Positions 57,789 through 64,000 of a stretch of 64,000 nucleotides of DNA are shown one piece after another; the first letter of the stretch is position 1; every line of letters starts with the position of its first letter. Position numbers and translations under genes: made by a program. This DNA is from Octopus sinensis (taxonomy: Eukaryota), in assembly GCF_006345805.1 (NCBI RefSeq), contig NC_043013.1, forward strand, positions 59,292,463 through 59,356,462. The letters are read 5' to 3'. The notes under the pieces are model-generated. The model saw only the letters and a list, made by a program, of their open reading frames with translations, did no database searches and was not told where the DNA came from.

Positions 57789-60671
57789 TTCGGACCGGGA
57801 GGTCCGTAGGCGGCGGCACGCGACGGAACGCAGCGCAGCGGAAGGAAAGAACGCGCGCGTAGAAGCCGACCCGCGTTGACCGAAGGCGCGACCGCGCACC
57901 GGCGCGTGGCGGGTTGCCCGCCGACGCTGCGACGCTGCGACGACCGCCGGAAAAATGGGGCGCACCGGATGCCGAGTCCGACGCCAACGCTACAGCCCCG
58001 TACCGGTCCGCCGCTTCGCGTGAAGACGTGTTCCGGCGCCCGGCGGCGCGACGCCGAGCGAACGGCGACGCGGCCGCGCGGGAGCGAGGCGACACACACG
58101 GCCCGACCGACCCGGTCCTCGGAGCCAATCCTTCTTCCGAAGGTACGGATCCATTTTGCCGACTTCCCTTACCTACATTGGCGCTATCGACGAGAGGCTG
58201 TACACCTTGGAGACCTGCTGCGGATGGTGGGTACGGACCGACTCGAGAGCTGCGATTCGTTACGGACCCGGATTTTCCAGGGCCGCCGAGAGCGCACCGG
58301 ACGCCGCCCGAGACGCGGCGCTCTACAGGTACCATATCCGTATCTCCGGACGAGCCGATTCCACGGACGCGGTCCTTTACGAAGAAGAGAGAACTCTTCC
58401 CGGGGCTCCCGGCAACGTCTCCGGGCTCGCTTGCGTTGCCGCTGCTTCGCCCGGCCGCCGGCTTCGACGACGGACGCGCTGCTAGGAAGAGCACGCCGCG
58501 TTCCCGCCGACGGACGGGCACTCTCCGAGTTCGGGTTCGGGAATATTAACCCGATTCCCTTTCGATGCGAGGCCGGCCGCGTAAATCGATATCGAAGAAC
58601 CGCGCGAGAGCAGTTCTTTTCTTCTTTCTAAACGACGGATCCGGCGCCTTTCGTGGAAGCTTTCGCCCGCTTCTTAGGACCGACTGACCCGTGCTCGACC
58701 GCCGTTGGCACGGAACCCTTCTCCACTTCGGTCTTCGAAGGTCTCGTTCGAATATTTGCTACTACCACCGAGATCTGCACCCGCGGTCGGCTTCACCCGG
58801 GCTCGCGCCCGCGGCTTCCATGCACGCCGCGGCGCCCTCCTACTCGACCGGGCATCGGAAAGTCGCCTCGCCGGCGATCGCGCAACCTGTCGCCCGGCCG
58901 GTCCGGCATCGGTCGCTCGCTCCAGCGCCATCCATTTTCGGGGCCGGTCGATTCGGCAGGTAAGTTGTTACACACTCCTGAGCGGATTCCGACTTCCGTG
59001 GCCACCGTCCTGCTGTCTATATCGACCGACACCCTTTCGGGGATCTAATGGGCGAAGCGTAGGGCACCTTAGCCGGACGTTCGGTTCATCCCACATCACA
59101 GTTCTGCTTACCAAAAGTGGCCCACTTGGCACCGTGCATTCGTCGTCGCATAACGGCGGCCGCCTCCGATCGGGAGAGGAGCGGCCCGTTTCGCCCGTTC
59201 CGAGTTCGAGAGTAGATCGAGGCCGTCAACGTCCCCGGAGCCTCCAGTCGTTCGCTTTACCGGACGGAATTGCGTGTCGTTCTCCCGCTGGCGCCAGCTA
59301 TCCTGAGGGAAACTTCGGAGAGAACCAGCTACTAGACGGCTCGATTGGTCTTTCGCCCCTACACCCGGTTCCGACGATCGATTTGCACGTCAGAGGCGCT
59401 TCGGACTTCCACCAGAGTTTCCTCTGGCTTCGTTCCGACCGGGCGTGGATCGCCATCTTTCGGGTCCCCGGCCGCCTGCTACACCTGAGTCGGAGCGGGA
59501 ACGCCGGGGGACGCGAACGTCGCGGCGAACGCGCGGACCCGACCCGGGAACGATGCTTCGAAGCGCCGTCCCGCCGAAGCGAGACGGCGACGTCGTGTCA
59601 CGTTCTCGCTTTCGCTGTGCCGTCGGAGTTCGCGAAGTGAAAGGCTCCAACGACTCGCAGTCGACTGGGACTCCTCGGTCCGTGTTTCAAGACGGGTCGG
59701 GTAGGTTGCCGATGCTCGTCGCTGACCGGCGGCAGCGGGCGGCTTTTCGGGCGGAAGGTGTCCCGCGACCGCAACGCGCGTCGCCCCCCTTGCGAGGGTT
59801 TCCGCGCAGTAGCGGCGCGCGGGCGGCCGCGTCGCTCGCGACCTCCGCGAAGAGGCCGCGCGCGACTCGCTGCGTCGTTCGTGCTAAGGGCGAGGTGCGT
59901 TTGCCCGTCTCCGTCGGTTAGCCGTGCCTGCGCTTTACGTGGAGCGACGGGCCCGGTCGAGAAGAGCGCGTGGATCCCACCGACCGCCGCTTGCGCGGCG
60001 GCGACGGGGCTCTCGTCTGCGACCTGCGGACGCCGCGCGCCTACCGGCCCGACGGGAGACGGGTCGCGACGACGGATCGGAGGGGAAGTGCGTCCGATGC
60101 CGGCGCCCCGGGAATCGAACGCCGACGAGGCGGCAGACGACCGCCCGCCACCGGCGCGTTCGTCGACGACGACGGCGCCTCGGCGTGAAGCAGCGGACTG
60201 AGTCCCCTCGCGATCGCGGTGAGCGGTCCTACCCGTTTACCCCTGGGCGGTTTCACGGTCTCTTGAACTCTCTCTCCAAAGTTCTTTTCAACTTTCCCTC
60301 GCGGTACTTGTCGGCTATCGGACTCGTCCCCGTATTTAACCTTGGATGGAGCTTACCACCCGCTTTGGGCTGCGTTCCCAAGCAACCCGACTCTCGGGCC
60401 GATGAACACCGCCGATCGCCGCCGGCTCCCAATGGGCCTGGCACCCGCTCTGGGCAGCCCCGATCGAGGGGACTCCGAACCTAGCCGGGCGAAACGATCG
60501 ACCGTGTACGACCCTTGCGCCACAGCTCTCGACGACCGGCGCGGCCGACGAGATTCGGCGTTGGGCTTCTCCCGGTTCACTCGCCGTTACTTAGGGAATC
60601 CCGGTTGGTTTCTTTTCCTCCGCTTAGCGATATGCTTAAGTTCGGCGGGTAATCGCGTCCGAGTCGAGGGC
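57789..60671 (-). rRNA. 28S rRNA, 5' end to within D8, 3'-truncated
   Basis: Starts ..ACCCGCCGAACTTAAGCATAT; conserved cores between D1 and D7 in the expected order; ends about 320 nt after GGATTGGCTC, inside D8. Confidence 0.95.
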
Positions 60672-61130
60672 AGCGTGAAAAAAAGGAGACGCTGCAAATG
60701 AGACGGCTGCTGCTTGCTACTACGGCGCGCACACCACCGCTGTAGATCGGCACGAACGCTCGCACGAAAGAGATATTCCCACAGAGCGAACGCCGAAAGA
60801 CGAGACGGCGGCGGCTGCGGCGGCAGCGACGGAGGGCGGCGGTCGCTCGGAGAGGAACGCAGAGGAAGACGCGGACGCGACGAGGGGCCTCGCCGTGTCG
60901 TTCCTGCTACTGATCCCTTACTCCACTGCTTCCGCACTTCGGCGGGCTCCCTCCTCCGCAACAGCGCTTCGCAACGATGACGGTCTGGCATTACGGGAGA
61001 CGGACGATCGAGCGGCGGCGGCTCGCGCGCGAGATAACTTGCGGGCCTCGCGGCGAGCGCCGCCCTTTCCTGCGACTCCCGACTCCCCGCCGCAGCCAAC
61101 GGCCGCGGCGGACTGCGTTTTCGTGTCTTG
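60672..61130 (-). other. ITS2
   Basis: Lies between 5.8S and 28S. Confidence 0.85.
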
Positions 61131-61292
61131 ACCGCCTCTCGACCGGACGGGGCCCCGGGACGATAGGATCCCGGGGCCGCAATGTGCGTTCGAGGTGTCG
61201 ATGTTCACTGAGTCCTGCAATTCGCATCAGTTCACGCGGATAGCCGCGCTCTTCATCGACGGACGAGCCGAGTGATCCCCCGTCCAGGGTTT
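61131..61292 (-). rRNA. 5.8S rRNA
   Basis: GGATCACTCGGCTCGTCCGTCGATGAAGAGCGC..GAATTGCAGGAC..GAACGCACATTGCGGCC. Confidence 0.95.
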
Positions 61293-62465
61293 CGGTAATA
61301 TTTGCTACTACTACGCGCTAGACGTACGGAAAGGAAAAAAAAAAAAAAGGAAAGCGGCAGCGGCCCCCGACAGGAGGCCGGCGCCGCGCGACGGAAAAAA
61401 AATAAAATGAGATTCGAAGGCGTCGACAGCGGAACGAAGCGCGCCACTGCCGACGCCGACGGCGAGGCAGGAAGGAAGAGAGAAATGGTCATGGAGCTCG
61501 CAAAGCGTGCAAGCCCCGTCGTCCGAGCGCCATGAGGGCGGGCCGACGCCGGCAGGGTGGCTGCGCGGTCGGCAGCAGAGAGTCGCGGCGTGTGACGGCG
61601 GGCTGCCGCGACGGCTACTGCTGCGCTGTTAGAGGGCCGAATCAAGAGCATTCGGTGGTACTCGGGCGAGGGGGCCCGGCCGCGACTTTTGGCTCGGCAA
61701 GTCTCCGAAAAGAGACTGCGCGCTAGGAGGCGAGGAAAAAAAAAAGACGGCCGCGCGTTACGGTGGTCATCGGAAGGCGCCGGGCGGCGCCCACGGCCTA
61801 GGCCGAATCGCGCGGTCGGCGAGGCAGGAAGGAAGAGAGAAATGGTCATGGAGCTCGCAAAGCGTGCAAGCCCCGTCGTCCGAGCGCCATGAGGGCGGGC
61901 CGACGCCGGCAGGGTGGTTGCGCGGTCGGCAGCAGAGAGTCGCGGCGTGTGACGGCGGGCTGCCGCGACTGCTACTGCTGCGCTGTTAGAGGGCCGAATC
62001 AAGAGCATTCGGTGGTACTCGGGCGAGGGGGCCCGGCCGCGACTTTTGGCTCGGCAAGTCTCCGAAAAGAGACTGCGCGTTAGGAGGCGAGGAAATAAAA
62101 AAGACGGCCGCGCGTTACGGTGGTCATCGGAAGGCGCCGGGCGGCGCCCACGGCCTAGGCCGAATCGCGCGGTCGGCGAGGCAGGAAGGAAGAGAGAAAC
62201 GGTCATGGAGCTCGCAAAGCGTGCAAGCCCCGTCGTCCGAGCGCCATGAGGGCGGGCCGACGCCGGCAGGGTGGTTGCGCGGTCGGCAGCAGAGAGTCGC
62301 GGCGTGTGACGGCGGGCTGCCGCGCGACCGCTACTGCTGCGCTGTTAGAGGGCCGAATCAAGAGCATTCGGTGGTACTCGGGCGAGGGGGCCCGGCCGCG
62401 ACTTATCGGGCGGATCGCGAATGTTTATTTCCTTCTTCTTCTTCTCTAATTCGAGAACACGGCGC
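61293..62465 (-). other. ITS1 containing about 2.6 tandem copies of a 357-bp unit
   Basis: Lies between 18S and 5.8S; unit starts at 61461, 61818 and 62175. Confidence 0.88.
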
Positions 62466-62523
<58 letters not shown>

Positions 62524-62642
62524 AGCGATCGGGTTCGGTCGTCTTCTCCGGGCCATCAGAGAACGCGCCGACGACGGCGCGTAACGCCGCCGCGCGTAAG
62601 CGGACTCGTCGGCCAGATCCGAGGACCTCACCGGACCGTTCG

Positions 62643-62685
<43 letters not shown>

Positions 62686-64000
62686 GATCGACGCGGGCTG
62701 ATGACCCGCGCCTACCGGAATTCCTCGTTCACGGGGTTGGTTCCAGGCCCCGATCCCTATCACGGGAGGTGGTTCAGAGGTTTCCGACCCTCTCGGGCCG
62801 GGGGAGACGCGCCCGCTGATACCTCCAGTGTAGCGCGCGTGCGGCCCCGGACATCTAAGGGCATCACAGACCTGTTATCGCTCCGCCTCGTGCGGCTTTC
62901 TGCCGCCCGTCCCTCTAAGAAGCGCTGCGTTCGCCAACCGACTGGCCCGGACGCGACGGCGTGCCGCCGCCGGGCTCGCGCGGGCCGAGCCGACCGGGTC
63001 ACCGCCGCCGCTCCGCAACCAACGCCGCAACCACGCCGCGACCGAACCCCCGCGAACGGGGGACGGCAGCCGGACGCGGCCGCAGCGCCGGACGCGAAGG
63101 AGAGCGGCGGCAACGGCAAGCCCGGGCCGCGCGCGGAGCTACCGACGAAGGCTTCGGCGCCGCCGCGCTACCGGAAAAGCACTAATCGACGCGCTAGTTA
63201 GCAGGCCGGAGTCTCGTTCGTTATCGGAATCAACCAGACGGATCGCTCCACCAACTAAGAACGGCCATGCACCACCACCCACCGAATCGAGAAAGAGCTA
63301 TCGATCTGTCAATCCTACCGGTGTCCGGACCGGGTGAGTTTTCCCGTGTTGAGTCAAATTAAGCCGCTCTGAGCACTCTAATTTTTTCACAGTGAACGTA
63401 CCGGCCGCCTCGGACACTCGGCGAAGAGCACCCTCGGAGGAACCGTGCGGGCCGAAACGACCGGGAGGTGGACGCGCTACTACCGCTAGAACGCGAACGG
63501 CGACGACGCCCAATAGCGCACCCGCCTCGTGGCTCCCGCGCGCAGCACGCCTGACCGACCCGCGCCGTTGAAGGCGCAGGCGTGAAACCGGACGCGACGC
63601 GACGACGCGACGCGGGCGAAGACGAGCGCTGGACGGGGTGCCGAGTCGCGGCGGCGACGCGAGCAGAGCTCCGCGGCCCGACCGCGCACGCACCGGCGAA
63701 TAGGGCCGGGAGTGCGAACGGACGACCGAAGCGGACGCGCCAGAAGCGCGCCTGCGACGGCGCCGTCGCCCCGAACGTGCTGGGGTACGTTTTCGAGACC
63801 CGAATTCCGACTACGAGCTTTTCAAACGCAACAATTTTAATATACGCTACCGGAGCTGGAATTACCGCGGCTGCTGGCACCAGACTTGCCCTCCGGTCGA
63901 TCCTCGTTAACGGATTTGAAGTGTACTCATTCCGATCGCGGGGCCTCGACAGAGTCCCGCGTCGTTATTTTTCGTCACTACCTCCCCGTGCCGGGAGTGG
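62466..64000 (-). rRNA. 18S rRNA, 5' part outside the window, with an internal deletion (probable pseudogene copy)
   Basis: 3' end GTAGGTGAACCTGCGGAAGGATCATTA; GTGCCAGCAGCCGCGGTAATTCCAGCTC present; about 0.4 kb of core missing at 63363-63367; expanded V4 and V7. Confidence 0.93.

Noticed and set aside
57011-57800. R2 or R1 site-specific insertion in 28S
   Set aside because: The junction is in D8, upstream of the R1/R2 target region; the element is CR1/L2-like; no downstream 28S half is present
61461-62404. Regular repeats as a CRISPR-like array
   Set aside because: Plain tandem duplication with no unique spacers, in eukaryotic rDNA; no CRISPR array or cas gene anywhere in the window
57554-63880. 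Many long GC-rich ORFs on both strands (up to 326 aa)
   Set aside because: They overlap rRNA and ITS; stop codons are rare in GC-rich sequence; no recognisable domains apart from the LINE part
57789-64000. Abrupt GC shift suggesting bacterial contamination or horizontal transfer
   Set aside because: The segment is eukaryotic rDNA with ITS1, 5.8S and ITS2 and cephalopod-like expansions

Overview
AT-rich, microsatellite-dense eukaryotic DNA, most likely from an octopod cephalopod. This is inferred from the SINE types and the strongly expanded GC-rich rDNA, not from a search. (1) A complete 12-coding-exon SLC7A9/b(0,+)AT-like amino acid transporter gene lies on the minus strand (1896-46602, 475 aa). 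All introns are GT-AG and the phases join without a frameshift. (2) Its introns and flanks hold SINEs, MITEs and mariner/Tigger fragments, LINE fragments of four clades (CR1/L2-like, RTE, R4/Dong, CRE), and many Penelope-like element (PLE) remnants. At the PLE termini I could fold by eye about 17 hammerhead-ribozyme (HHR) motifs from about 11 sequence families. They include a natural G3-C8 core swap, U4C and A6U variants, and compensatory stem changes between copies. (3) From 57789 to the window end there is a minus-strand rDNA unit (18S-ITS1-5.8S-ITS2-28S). It is abnormal: 28S stops inside D8 and is fused to a LINE fragment, 18S lacks about 0.4 kb of its conserved core, and ITS1 carries a 357-bp tandem repeat. 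All structures were read by eye with no searches or folding software, and repeat boundaries are approximate.
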